Positions 1 to 11,102 of a DNA stretch of 64,000 nucleotides are shown here, piece after piece. The stretch's first letter is position 1; each line of letters begins with the position of its first letter. Origin of the DNA: Harriotta raleighana. Lineage: Eukaryota. The notes under the pieces were generated by a model. That model made no database searches, had not been told where the DNA came from, and saw only the letters and a list, made by a program, of their open reading frames with translations. The stretch lies in assembly GCA_050575255.1 (NCBI GenBank), contig JBNZDD010013681.1, positions 3,629,147 through 3,693,146 on the forward strand, read 5' to 3'. Position numbers and translations under genes: made by a program.

Positions 1-195
1 CCAACCTTGGGAGACTGCTGTGTGCAATTGGCTACTGCCAATATTCAGTCAATTCACTTCAGCGCCTTGGGACGTCCTCTCAATGTGAAAGGCACTCTAT
101 AAGTGCAATTTTGTTGTTGTTGTACAGCATATTCAGTGAAGTGCTTTGAGTCGTCCAGAAGATGTGAAAAGTTCTATCAAATGCAAAGATTATTA
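1..195 (+). mobile_element. Two SINE/L2 3' fragments (Deu domain plus tails)
   Basis: gctgtgtgcaattggct...cttgggacgtcctc..tgtgaaaggcactctataagtgcaattttgttgttg, followed by a second tail gtgaagtgctttgag...atcaaatgcaaagattatt. Confidence 0.75.
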
Positions 196-1359
196 AGTGG
201 AAATGAGCAATTTGTTTTAAATGAAACCATCCACTTAAACACTAGTCTCAAATTTTACTTATACTTGTGATACTCTTCCTGCAGTCTGTTCTTGTTCATT
301 ACCCATCATATTTTCCTAATGGTTTCTGAGTTGCTTTGCTATGAGGTTTCTAACTTTATTTATCTAGGTGTTTGGATAAATAGTGGAAGCCTTTAACTTG
401 AGCTTTTCCTCATCTAGGGTGGGTGAAGTTTATCCAGCTCTCATATTTGAGAATTTACATCTAAATAGCAATAAATTGTTGTAATCTGACGTCAAGCTAC
501 TGATTCAGTGATATATATTGTTGTACACTTTGTAAAAGTGATGATTCTCTTTGACCTGTTCCTTCATAATTAATAGTCTCTATGTGCATTTCACCACTTT
601 TGCAGACTGTTCTTCCTGTAGAATAACTTAACACAAATGTTTCGCAAGGCAACAGGAAGGTCTGGTATATAGGCTGATCACTGATCAAAGATAAATGGCA
701 CATTTAAATTCTATGAAATGCAATTACCCAGGAAATGACTTTTCTCTGGCTCTACCATACACCTACCATAGCACAACACGGCAATTCCAGTCTAAATAAA
801 ACTTCCTGTGTTTTTTTAAAAAATACAGCTTAACCTGTGCAGATTCCAATTTATGCAGGTTAAAGAAAGTAATTTGAATGTGACCACATGGTAATTTCAT
901 GGATATCAATTTTTTTTTACAGATTCCCTTGTACTGTTAAACTATCAATGCTTTACAAGTTTTTATTTTTTTGCCTGTTTTGCTTTTTTTTAAAATAGTT
1001 TTTGTACAAAACATCAAGGAAAGTAAATAGACATCAAAGTCCAGCTTTATATTGTAATCTTGCAACAGATCAAACCAAGGCAACATGTCATATTGTATTA
1101 TGCACTGATCAGTACAATACTCAATATCTCTGAAATGTCTGTGTATTGCACTAATTAACTGAAAGTTTAAAAATGTTTTTGATGACACAAGTGGAACATC
1201 TGAAAAGGTCCATAATCTATATCCTAACTAAACAATAATTTGTATTTATATAATGATAACTGATGATGGAAAAGTTTGTAGAAATACACTTTATATTAAA
1301 AAAAAGTTTTTGAAATATAGCTCATGGATGTAGTGTCAGAATTGAAGTGTGCATTTATA

Positions 1360-1570
1360 ACTCCTATATCCACCACACGGTGCCTCCGCTCAACTGGCAC
1401 CTGCCTCCTACTTGTCTCTTGCCTCTCCACTCCACCATTGGCACTGTAAAACAATTTTCCTCAATCCCTCCGTCTTGCCCCCTCTGTCCCTTTTTCAAGT
1501 TCTGCCTGAAGACCTTTCTGTTTGACTGAGCTTATGGCCACCTCTCTCTTCCCCTCTCCCCACTGTTAAG
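1360..1570 (+). mobile_element. Degraded L2 LINE 3' fragment
   Basis: tttttcaagttctgcctgaagacctttctgtttgactgagcttatggc resembles the ORF2 end of the L2 copy at 10440-11102. Confidence 0.5.
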
Positions 1571-2990
1571 AACTCTAAGATGCTACCCTGCAGCATAATT
1601 GTTCACATGTGGTATTTATATAAAATATCCTATCTGGATTTTACATACTGTATTTAATGGAACATAATGTGATTCATGTTCTAATTTTTCTATAGGCCCA
1701 CAAAATACTGTATTCTGTTTAGAGCTTCATGATACTAAATGACATTTGTGGGGTTCAGGAAGGGAAAGTCCGGCTGGATTCCTGCTCCTGTTGCTCTTGA
1801 GCATCCTGTATACGTGTGGTAGCCGGGTGAGAAGAGATTAGGCTCAGCTGTGACTTTCTGCAGTCAAGTCGTCTGCTGACATCACTGCCAAATCTCATGG
1901 ATGTACAGGGGCCACTTGGTAGGATACCAGTGGGCAGCCAGAATCTTTTTTTCAGCTGTGTCCAACACTTTAAATTTTCTCCCCACTAATATACTGGAGA
2001 ATACTCTAATATATCTGCTCCTGATCTGGTCTCCTTGTTGTGATTCATGTACATTCTTCTAAATTTGTCACTGGAATTCAGAAGAGAGAAGCTGGATTGT
2101 TCCTCCCAAGAGAAGAGGAAAATCACAGGTAATCAAAGCTGGAGGCTTGACAATGGGTTCTTGCCTCTTGTCACAACAAGATTGGGTGCCAAAGCAGATC
2201 TTAATAAAAATAAACCCAACTAGAAGAGATCAGGATCAGAGGGGCTTATGTCCGTGGAGAGAAAATCAGAAAAAGAATTAATACAACTAATTAAGAAAAA
2301 GTGCTTGAAGTCCAATAACACTAATTAAAAGCACGTGATATTCCACAGGGGTATAAGATCTGAATTCTGAACCATACCCTGAGAAAACTGCAGTAAACTA
2401 TGGTGAGAGAAAAGCATCGAGGGATCTATCTTTGCATCCCTACCTCCGGAATTATTTTTTACACTGTTTGCTCAATATATCAACCTAATTTTGTCAAATT
2501 AATTTGATCAATTATATTTCAAGGACTCATTTTATATAGCTTATGAGAATTTCAGCTACAGTATCTGTTGGTAACAAGGGGTTTAATTTTGAGCATTATT
2601 GAGTGAACATTTGCTGCTTTTAATGCATCAGTTTGCCAGTGTAGACAATGACAGATTGCAGAACCCAGATTAACCCTCAGCCAGTTATTTGAACACCGCC
2701 CCCCCCCCCCCCAATTTGGCAGCTGTCAAGAGTATTCAAATGAGCCTTAGTTTAACACCGTTCATATTTTATTTCTCAACATAGCAAGTTGTGAATCTTT
2801 TAATACACAGTACATAATATCACAATGTGTACTGCTCCTCACAGGAGAAGAGGAAACTCCAAAGTTGTGTGTCTGGGAATAGGTCTCTTGCCTCTATCGA
2901 AACAGTTGTGTGCTGAACAGATCTTACTGAGCGAAGTGGCAAAAGCTCTGTACAGTATTGTAACTAACTTTAATCACCTATGAAACAGTT

Positions 2991-3126
2991 ACTATTACTA
3001 ATAATCCTTGCATTTGATAAAGTGCCTTAACACATAGCTAACAAGTTTCAAAGCACTTCACAGGATATACAGTCAAATGGGTTTGATTTGTTCATCGGTA
3101 AAGCACCAGCCAGTTTACACGCAGCA
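2991..3126 (-). mobile_element. SINE 3' half (minus strand)
   Basis: ataatccttgcatttgata...aagcacttcacag is the reverse complement of the family tail. Confidence 0.75.
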
Positions 3127-3127
3127 A

Positions 3128-3924
3128 TGAAGACTCCGATAGCTCCCAACTAAATCCTATTATTCCCCGGTTGGCTGGTCCCACACGCATGAGCATTTTT
3201 GACAAGGCTGGCACATCCCGCCTAAAGCCGAAGCCCCGCGCGCAATGCATTCTGAGTAAATAGAATAAGGCTTCGGCCTCGGAGATTTTTATTGCGTTGC
3301 ATGGTAAACAAGAGACAGAGAGAGAGAGGAATCATATAGTAATGTAGGCTAATCTACCTTGTTTTTTTATTGCTTTACTGCTTTATCACTTTATTATAAC
3401 AATAAAGCGATAACAAAGCCGCTGTAACCTTTCTGTGTCTCCTGTCCCCAGCACTCTCCGAGTGGCTCGCACCTCAGTGAGTTTCCCCCCTTCACCCCGC
3501 CTCCAATCGGCTCGCTGGCCCGCACCTCAGCGAGTCGTCCCCCCCCCACCTCCGAGTGGTTCCCCTTTTCCCCCCCTTTGCCTGCCTGCTACTCTCCCCG
3601 ATTTCTCTCTGCCTCCCTCCCGGGCTGCCCTGATTTGCCCACTTCCCAGGTGGTAGGAGAGACAAGAGCAGGAAGAGTGGGGAGGGGGTAGGGGGAGCAA
3701 CAAGAGCGGGGAGAGGCGGGCAGAGCGAGGAGCGGGTCAGCCAGCTGCAGCCCGCCTCAGTAGGTACCTTGCATCGGATGTGCTTGGAGGCTTGAGGTGG
3801 GTAGCCTGCGACTGGATTCCCCTAACCCCCCTTTTCCCATTACTTCTTAAGCTTCTCCATTGCGATTTCGTTGAATGAGCAGTTTTCTAGGAATGGAACC
3901 CCCACGATCGACGGGAGTTAACTG
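3128..3924. mobile_element. Tc1/mariner-Tigger-like non-autonomous DNA element, family A (left end truncated)
   Basis: Ends in gggagttaactg|TA; inverted similarity to 7102-7669 over both terminal regions; GC-rich simple-sequence interior. Confidence 0.75.
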
Positions 3925-4504
3925 TACTATAATAATATCTTTAACTTCTGCCTGAAGAAACAGAACATTTCATCCAAATGACTACACATTACAGTCCTGA
4001 AGGGAAAGGTTATTGAATAAAATGTAAGGAAGAATTAATAGTTTGTCTGTAGCAACGTCATTTTGGAAATTCAATTCCTAATTTAACAGTTTTGGAGAGT
4101 TAGTCGTTTGCATCCTCTGTGTAAATGGTGGGGGGCTGTTCCTTGGGATACATGGAATTCTCAGTTTGGTTTGGTTAAGCATGGCGATGGATTTCTACGT
4201 GTCGAAGACCCGACTGCCAAAAAATAACTAGTATTGTTATTAGATGTGTTATTAGATTTTGCCCTAGGTTGATGGAATTTTGAAAATTCAAGAGCCAGAT
4301 TTTGGAGGATGTTTCTAACAATTTCCCACTGTAATGTACAGTTTGCAAACTTCAATGACAGGCTTGCCTCTTCTGAAGTACCGGATTGTAAATTATTGAT
4401 CATTAGCACAGAAGGGCCGGATACTTGCCATGGGCAGTGGAAACCTTGAAAATGTGACTCTTTTGAATTTCTTACTAAATTTCTTACTGAGTAAATACTG
4501 TGGG

Positions 4505-4612
4505 TTTTGCCCACAAATATACATTCAATTCACTTTACAGTATATTCTGTGAAGCGCATTGAGATATCTAGAAGACGTGAAAAGTGCTATATCAAATGCA
4601 AGTATTATTATC
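4505..4612 (+). mobile_element. SINE 3' fragment
   Basis: gcccacaaatatac..caattcactttacagtatattctgtgaagcg...atcaaatgcaagtattatta. Confidence 0.85.
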
Positions 4613-4719
4613 ATCATGTTCCTTAATCAAAGAAGAATGATCTCAGCCACCTGCATGTCCTTACTCCCTGGTTGCACATATGTACACAAGACACTTTTGC
4701 TGTATTTACACTTAAGAGC

Positions 4720-4807
4720 AATAATAATCCTTGCATTTGATATAACACTTTTCATGTCTTCTAGATGTCTCAAAGTGCTTCACAGATTATACTCTAAAGT
4801 GAATTGA
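4720..4807 (-). mobile_element. SINE 3' fragment (minus), tail-to-tail with 4505-4612
   Basis: aataataatccttgcatttgatataacacttttcatgtcttctagatgtctcaaagtgcttcacag. Confidence 0.85.
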
Positions 4808-5422
4808 AACTTGATTGAAACTTGCCAATATTATCAAAACTGGTATTCAAACTAAGTGCCAAACCAGTGTCCCTTGTCCCTCTGTCATGGGGCATTAACT
4901 TTCAAACTGATCTAGTTGTAGTCACTGGAACACTGATCTTTGATGTTCACTTCTCCCCAGTGACTGATCTGCCACTCCTATGTCCTACTGATGAGCCAGA
5001 ATGGTTGGGCTACCATCAGCAGTGCCTTAGAGTACTGTAACCCGCTTGTCTCAGGAAACGGATTACTTAGACCTCCACAGAGGGTTGATTCCAATGTTCT
5101 GTTTCCAAGCATATCACCTTGGAGCCAGTGTTTATTGGCAAAGGTTACCAAGTACAGATGACTGGCAATATTAGCAGGATGCACAGATGCAAGGGAAAGG
5201 GAAACAAATTGCTATACTTAGTTTTTATATTTAGCTATTTGTTGTTCTGATTACACAGCTAGCACTTTCCAACTGTGAAGGCATTTGTTAATAGAACCTC
5301 ATTTGTTCCCAATAAAAATGGAAGTGAATGGCATTAAGTCCTGGTCTTCAGCCTGTTGTTGTGTACAACAATTCTGCAGTCCAACCAAGTTCATAATTTT
5401 TTTTTAACTTTCTGTCCTTCAG

Positions 5423-5579
5423 AGAACAACCCATCTTCAGCACGCGCGCCCATGTCTTCCAGATCGACCCTAACACCAAGAAGAACTGGGTACCAACTAG
5501 CAAGCATGCCGTGACTGTGTCCTACTTCTATGATAGTACACGCAATGTGTACAGGATAATCAGCCTCGATGGGTCAAAG
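5423..5579 (+). CDS. HOMER1: Homer1 coding exon 2 (EVH1 N-half), 157 bp
   Basis: ttcag|A GAA CAA...TCA AAG|gtgagt; translates [52 protein letters not shown], matching vertebrate Homer1 including W24. Exon 1 is outside the window. Confidence 0.98.
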
Positions 5580-5664
5580 GTGAGTTGATCTGTGAAGGCA
5601 CAATGCTTTAAACACTTGGAATTAAATTGTGTCCTAATGTGCAGACCTTTTTAATATACACATT

Positions 5665-5776
5665 ATGAGAGTTCTGGTGAAGGGTCGTGGACCCAAAACG
5701 TTGACTCACTTTTCCTTTCTTCATAGATGCTGCCTGACCTGCTGGTTGTTCCCAGTGATTTTTGTTTTTGTTTCAG
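5665..5776 (+). mobile_element. Penelope-like element terminal fragment carrying a degenerate type I hammerhead ribozyme
   Basis: gagtt-ctggtga-a-gggtc gtg gaccc-aaaa-cgtt-gactc, followed by agatgctgcctgacctgctg..ttcccag..ttttgttttt. I recall this motif as typical of chondrichthyan Penelope-derived repeats; not searched. Confidence 0.55.
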
Positions 5777-5862
5777 GAAAGCTTTTAACATGTGTTAGAA
5801 ACTATTATTTCCTCCCATTTTAGAAGGTTGTGGATTCTAAGACTGGCATTCAAGTTGTGAAT

Positions 5863-6196
5863 GGAGCTCCTGTGGCTTAGTGGTTAGAGCACTTGCCTTA
5901 CATGCCTTACAAGCATGAGATCTGTGTTCGAAACCCGGCAGATCAGGGCAAAACCTTGGGCAAGTTTCCTTACTCCACATGCCTAATAATAATCCCTCCA
6001 AAAATACAACAATAATAAAATTGGTCATTTCAATCCATGACTGTTTGTGGGACACTGCTGTGCGCAATTGGCTGCCGCGTTCCGCCCATAAATATACAGT
6101 CAATTCACTTTACAGTATATTCTGTGAAGCGCTTTGGGACGTTGATAAGATGTGAAAAGCGCTATATCAAATGCAAGGATTATTATTATTATTATT
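5863..6196 (+). mobile_element. Full-length tRNA-derived Deu-domain SINE with L2-type tail
   Basis: A box tggcttagtggttagagc, B box gttcgaaacc, Deu-like core ctgtttgtgggacactgctgtgcgcaattggctgccgcgt, tail aagcgctatatcaaatgcaagg(att)n. Confidence 0.9.
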
Positions 6197-6239
6197 GTAC
6201 TGGCAAAGTGCTATATTGACAGAGGTACTCTCAGATGAG

Positions 6240-6450
6240 CTATTGTTCAAAGATCTTATGGCACTACACAAATAGAAAAATTTCTGCCAGTGTCCTGGCC
6301 AAACTACTTTTTTTTTAAAAATCATTCACTTCATGCCTACTTGTAGGATATTACTGTGTGCAAAATTGGCTGCTGTGTTTGTCTACAAATAGTCATTACA
6401 TTTCAAAAACCTTTTGTGAAACAATTTGAGAAATTGATATATAATAAGGC
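6240..6450 (+). mobile_element. Older, diverged Deu-SINE fragment
   Basis: gtgtcctggccaa...ttgtaggatattactgtgtgcaaaattggctgctgtgttt. Confidence 0.55.
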
Positions 6451-6670
6451 ATCAAGTACAAGATCACTTTATTATAGCAATAAAGCGATAACAAAGCTGC
6501 TGTAACCTTTCTGTGTCTCCTGACCTGACTGCCTTTTGTACTTTTGTCAAGTTCAAAAATTTTAATTTTTGCAGAGATTTCTGAGTCATGTAAACTGCTT
6601 GTTTGTGGAAATTTATGAACTCTTTTTGTAAAATTTTTATAGAATTTTATATATATATATGTACTGTATA

Positions 6671-7073
6671 CAGTAAAGGCTTATTTATCCAGCACCCTCA
6701 GGATCTGACTGGTGCCGGTTAATTGAATATGCCAGATATTTGGGCAACAAATTGCTGAAAATCCTACACAGAAAATTTACTTATTCTAAAACATACCATA
6801 TTAATAATAGACTAAATAATAACAGAATATTGTATGGATGCTTACAAATAAAGCATTCAAGCACATTCGGTAAAATGATCGTTAAAATGAAAATTCCAGC
6901 GTTTGTTAAGTTTAATAAGTGCGCACGCATTAAATGCAGGCGCAAAGTGAGCATATTCGCAAGTGTCCCAGATGGCACCAGAATGAGAGTGTATTGGTGT
7001 ATTGTATCGGGAGATACTGGTTGGGAGTTGAACGTTCCGGTTGGTTGGGTGCTGGATAAACAAGCTTTTACTG
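6671..7073. mobile_element. Tigger-like MITE, family B
   Basis: TA|cagtaaaggcttatttatccagcaccc ... gggtgctggataaacaagcttttactg terminal inverted repeats; second copy at 46989-47340. Confidence 0.85.
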
Positions 7074-7101
7074 CGTGTATATATAACTGTTATTTTAAAT
7101 G

Positions 7102-7669
7102 CAGTTAACCCTCATGGATCGCGGGAATTATGTTCCTGGAAAACTGCGCACTCAACAAAATTGCGTTGGAGAAGCTTAAGATGGGAAAAGTGGGATATGG
7201 GGAATCCAGTTGCAGGCTACCCACCTCAAGCCTCCAAACATAAATGCAAAGATGCAATGCGGGCTACAGATGGCAGGCCCACTCCCCGCTCCGCCTGCCT
7301 CTCCCCGCTCTTGTTGCTCCCTCTCTGTCTCTTCTGTTTACCATGCAATGCAATAAGATTCTCCAAGGCCAAAGAGTTATTGTATTTACGCAGAATGCAT
7401 TGCGAGAGGGGCCAGCCAGTTGACGAATCATTGGCTTTAGTCGGGATCTGTCGGCCTTGTCAAAGACGCGCATGCCGTGGGATCAGTCAGCCAAGGAATC
7501 ATCGGATTTAATCGGGAGCTATCGGAGTCTTCACCCATGCGCATACGCGAGTGGGCCATCCAGTGTGTATAAACAAGTTTTACACGCGCTGTACAAAAGA
7601 AGTGATGCTTTTGTTTTGTCGCGTATTGAATTTGGAATCGATAAAGTTGCCTTCGACGAGGGTTAACTG
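7102..7669. mobile_element. Tigger-like MITE, family A (complete), inverted relative to 3128-3924
   Basis: TIRs cagttaaccctc ... gagggttaactg|TA. Confidence 0.85.
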
Positions 7670-7980
7670 TATTCCATAATTGATGACTTTTTGCGTTTGA
7701 GCGGCACAATCTTTTATGAAGATCACACTGTATTTGGTGTTAAGAATAATTAAACTATTTTGCTTGAACTTCAGTGAAAGCGACCCTCTTTGTTCTCAGC
7801 TGGTTGAGAAGACTTTAAAACCTAATTCATGTACTATGCTGAGTGTTTAGAAACTGTTCAGAACAATGGCAATTGGCAGTCTGCCCTTAGCCACTTAGCA
7901 CCCAACTAATCTGATCAATGTACCCATATGTCTCATGGAAGGATTAGGCTGAACTGTCTTGAGTTAAATTTCCAAATACA

Positions 7981-8087
7981 TTTTGCCCACAAATGTAGTC
8001 AATTTACTTTAGAGTATATTCTGTGAAGCTCTTTGAGACATTGAAGACGTGAAAAGCACTATATCAAATGCAAGAATTATTATTATA
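7981..8087 (+). mobile_element. SINE 3' fragment
   Basis: Family tail ending atcaaatgcaagaattattattat. Confidence 0.85.
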
Positions 8088-8868
8088 TAAACTATATTTT
8101 CCACTTGAGTGACACAAGTCTGTGACAAGGATTTGCATAGGATTATATTTCTTCATACAGAATATTGAATTTACATATGCCCTGATTTATAGTTTGTCTC
8201 ACAAGGCATTGAATATCATTTGAAACTTAATGTGTCTTATGAGATTGAAAACTGACTAGAAATATCAATCTGGTAATGATGCTATAAAGAGAGGGATGTG
8301 CACTGCATACTTGTGAGTTTCTATACATTAGTCTCTTAGAACTTCAGATATACCTCCAGACCTGCGATCAGCTCCTTTTCAGTCCAGAGATGAGAGCAGC
8401 ACTTTTTTAAATGGATAAGTTAATTATTTTTAACATCAAGATATCTTAAAAGAACATGTGCTTTACCAAGTCTAAGATCAGTCACATAAAATAACCTTTG
8501 TCTGTTTGCTGAAAATTGGTGTACCTTTCCATTGCTCTTTTGGTGCAGGTGGTTGTGGTATGATTCGGGAAACCTGTCTGTTGTTATACATAGAGCTAAT
8601 TTAATTTATCTTGACTAATAGATCCCTTTGCTGATGAGCAAATAGCACAGATAATAACCCTAAATACAAATTGTCTATCGTGCCAACTAAAACATTGCTC
8701 TATCAGAAATTACCCTATCACAATAGTACCAGACTAGCCAGTGCTTCTCTCTCCCTCTCCTTGATTTTTTTTTCTCTCTCTCACTTTGCCTTTCTTCTCT
8801 CAGTGGGTCTGTCTGTCACATCAAAATATAAAGACTTGCCTCTGCTACTAGCATGGAAAAAAAAACTT

Positions 8869-9855
8869 TTGTGAAGTTTATGTGGGGTGTTATTATGCCA
8901 TACCTGTCTCAATACAGTAGTCCTTTTAAAAACCTCAATGCACGTTCGCACACAAACTGCATGTGCCAGTATTTCGCAGGAGCATATGGAATATTAGTTG
9001 TGCACGTAAATTATGTTTTCCTGTGTTGAATACCAGCTTTGAACATCTATAATTGTAAAAGATTTGAAAAGCCATGGAATATGATAGTATTTTCACTTCA
9101 GACCAGTTGAGCAGTTGAACATATTAAACAGGTTGGCACTTCGAAGGTTAACATTTTGTATTTTGTAGGCCTGGAGACCAGTAAATCGGGAACTGGTTCA
9201 GACTGGCTAAACCTGGAATGAGATTAGAAATTAACTTGAGTAATTCGGCATCCTCCACTACTTAGTGACTTCACTAATGGTTAAATTATCTTTTGTGATC
9301 TTTATTGTAAACTAGAACATTTTGTGTGGCTTTGTAATGACTCATCAGATACTTTGATGTTGGGGTACAATCATTCAGGGCAAGTTCAATTGCAAAGAGG
9401 ATGAAATTCTCTTGGTAAACAGCAATGCAAGATGGTTGCCATGTTTCGTCCACAAATATAGTGAGTTCAATTTATAGTTTATTCTGTGAAGTACTTTGAG
9501 ACATCTTGATGTGATAAGTTGCTATATCAAATGCAAGTATTAATAGAAGAATCTGGCCATGTGTTCGAAACTCAGCAGCAAGCTGAGCACTGACTGGCTT
9601 TTAAACAGCTGTGATTGAAAGATCTCAAAGCAAACTGAATATGGAGACCTAGAAAACTTGAATGAAACCACATGTTATTACGCTAAAGATGGACAATTAA
9701 GCTGTTCACAGCTGATAATTAACGACTAATATACCATATAGGCCTGCGAGATACTGGCACATGCAGTTTGTGTGCGAACGTGCATTGAGGTTTTTAAAAG
9801 GACTACTGTATTGAGAGAGGTATGGCATAATAACACCCCATATACAACTTCACAA
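8869..9855. repeat. Long inverted repeat (arms ~8869-9014 and ~9715-9855)
   Basis: About 112 bp near-perfect reverse complement, plus ~30 bp of imperfect inner extension. Confidence 0.92.
9430..9542 (+). mobile_element. SINE 3' fragment inside the inverted-repeat spacer
   Basis: ccacaaatata...ttctgtgaagtactttgagacatc...gctatatcaaatgcaagtatt. Confidence 0.75.
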
Positions 9856-9899
9856 TGGAGGGGGGGAATTACTTAAATGGGATTGAATTTTAAAATGCT

Positions 9900-10160
9900 C
9901 AGAAAATACCTTAGGATGCACCAAGATGGTAGAACAAGAGGACATAGCTTCAGTTGCAAACAAAAATTTCAGGACTCAGAGGGTAATTAATAACTGGAAC
10001 AGGTTGCAGATGGGTGATTGTCCTTCCAAACTGAAATGTGCTATCTAATTTAATTTGTTAAATTAGGCCACTGGACGAATTTAACTGATGTCTTGATACT
10101 TTGATTGAAGGGATGAGATCAGATGGGACAAAGGACCCTCTTCTTACAAACTGATCTCGT
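9900..10160 (+). mobile_element. Degraded CR1-type LINE 3' fragment
   Basis: agaacaagaggacatagc...gagggtaattaataactggaacagg (RTRGH / RVINxWN-like), followed by a gatgagatcagatggg tail also seen near 39692. Confidence 0.5.
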
Positions 10161-10439
10161 GGTTGCACGAATGGGGTGCAAGGGGAAGAAAAGAAAGGAA
10201 AGTAGTAGTAATGGATCTGAGGAAAAGAATTGTTGACTGATCCCTATTGCATTTAAACGTTGATCTCCATAGACTGTTTTAATATCTTTATATGGATTAA
10301 AAATGTACTAACGTGGAACATCTTATTACATAGCACTACAGATATTGTAGAGTATTCAGATCGGACATATGGAAAAGAGATTTTAAATTTAAGGCCAGCC
10401 TTTCCCCCCCCCCCCCCCCCCAATGGAGTGATGCATTTG

Positions 10440-11102
10440 CCTACCATGAGGCTTTTATCCAATCCGCAATATTGCCAGGCTCCGCCACTACTTCACTCCC
10501 CATGCCGCCAAAACCCTCATTCACGTCTTTATTACTTCCAGGCTCAACTACGGGAATCCTCTCCTCGTCGGCCTTCCCAACTCCTCCCTTCACAGGCTGC
10601 AGATCATTCAGAATTCTGCAGCTCGTGTACTCTCCCGCACCAGGCTTCGTGATCACATCACTCCCACCCTCGCCCGTCTCCACTGGCTCTCCATCCCCTG
10701 ATATCAAATTCAAGATCCTCGTCCTCATTTTCAAGGCCATTCACGGCTTATCGTTCTGACCTGCTATCTCCCTATCACCTGCCCACACCCTCCATTCAGC
10801 AGACTCAGGCCTGCTCCACGTCCACTGCCCAACCTTGGTGGCCAGGCTTTCAGCCTCTCTACCCCCACACTACTATCCCGCGGTCCCTCCGTGTTGCTCC
10901 TCCCTTTCCTCCTTCAAGGACACTTTCAAAACCTTCCTCTTCTACCACACCTTCGGCTCCCCACTAACTCTTCCCACCCTCCTTCCCCTTCCCCCAACCC
11001 CCAACCCTCCCCCTGCCTGCTCAGGTCCCGACCTGACTGTTCAGCGCTTTGGGACGTCCTCCAGACATGAAAGGTGCTATATAAGTGTAATTTTGTTGTT
11101 GT
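10440..11102 (+). mobile_element. L2 LINE 3' end (ORF2 C-terminus, frameshifted, plus 3' UTR and tail)
   Basis: Same protein motifs as the 26554-27183 ORF (RNIARLR..FITSRLNYG..QNSAARVL..HITP.L.RLHWL); tail cagcgctttgggacgtcctcc..atgaaaggtgctatataagtgtaattttgttgttg. Confidence 0.88.

Noticed and set aside
1745-1945. GC-richer block resembling an ancient chondrichthyan SINE-like repeat
   Set aside because: Similarity is from memory only, with no clear second copy in the window to verify it
2699-2712. Poly-C runs (also 10404-10421) as G-quadruplex regulatory sites
   Set aside because: Simple homopolymers with no other support; their length is also error-prone
5863-5945. tRNA-like sequence with A and B boxes (also at 13666, 22703, 37584)
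   Set aside because: Each continues into the SINE body and lacks an acceptor stem, so these are SINE heads, not tRNA genes
6740-7709. Cluster of 90-156-aa ORFs on both strands
   Set aside because: They lie in non-autonomous MITEs and show no transposase (DDE/HTH) or other recognisable motif
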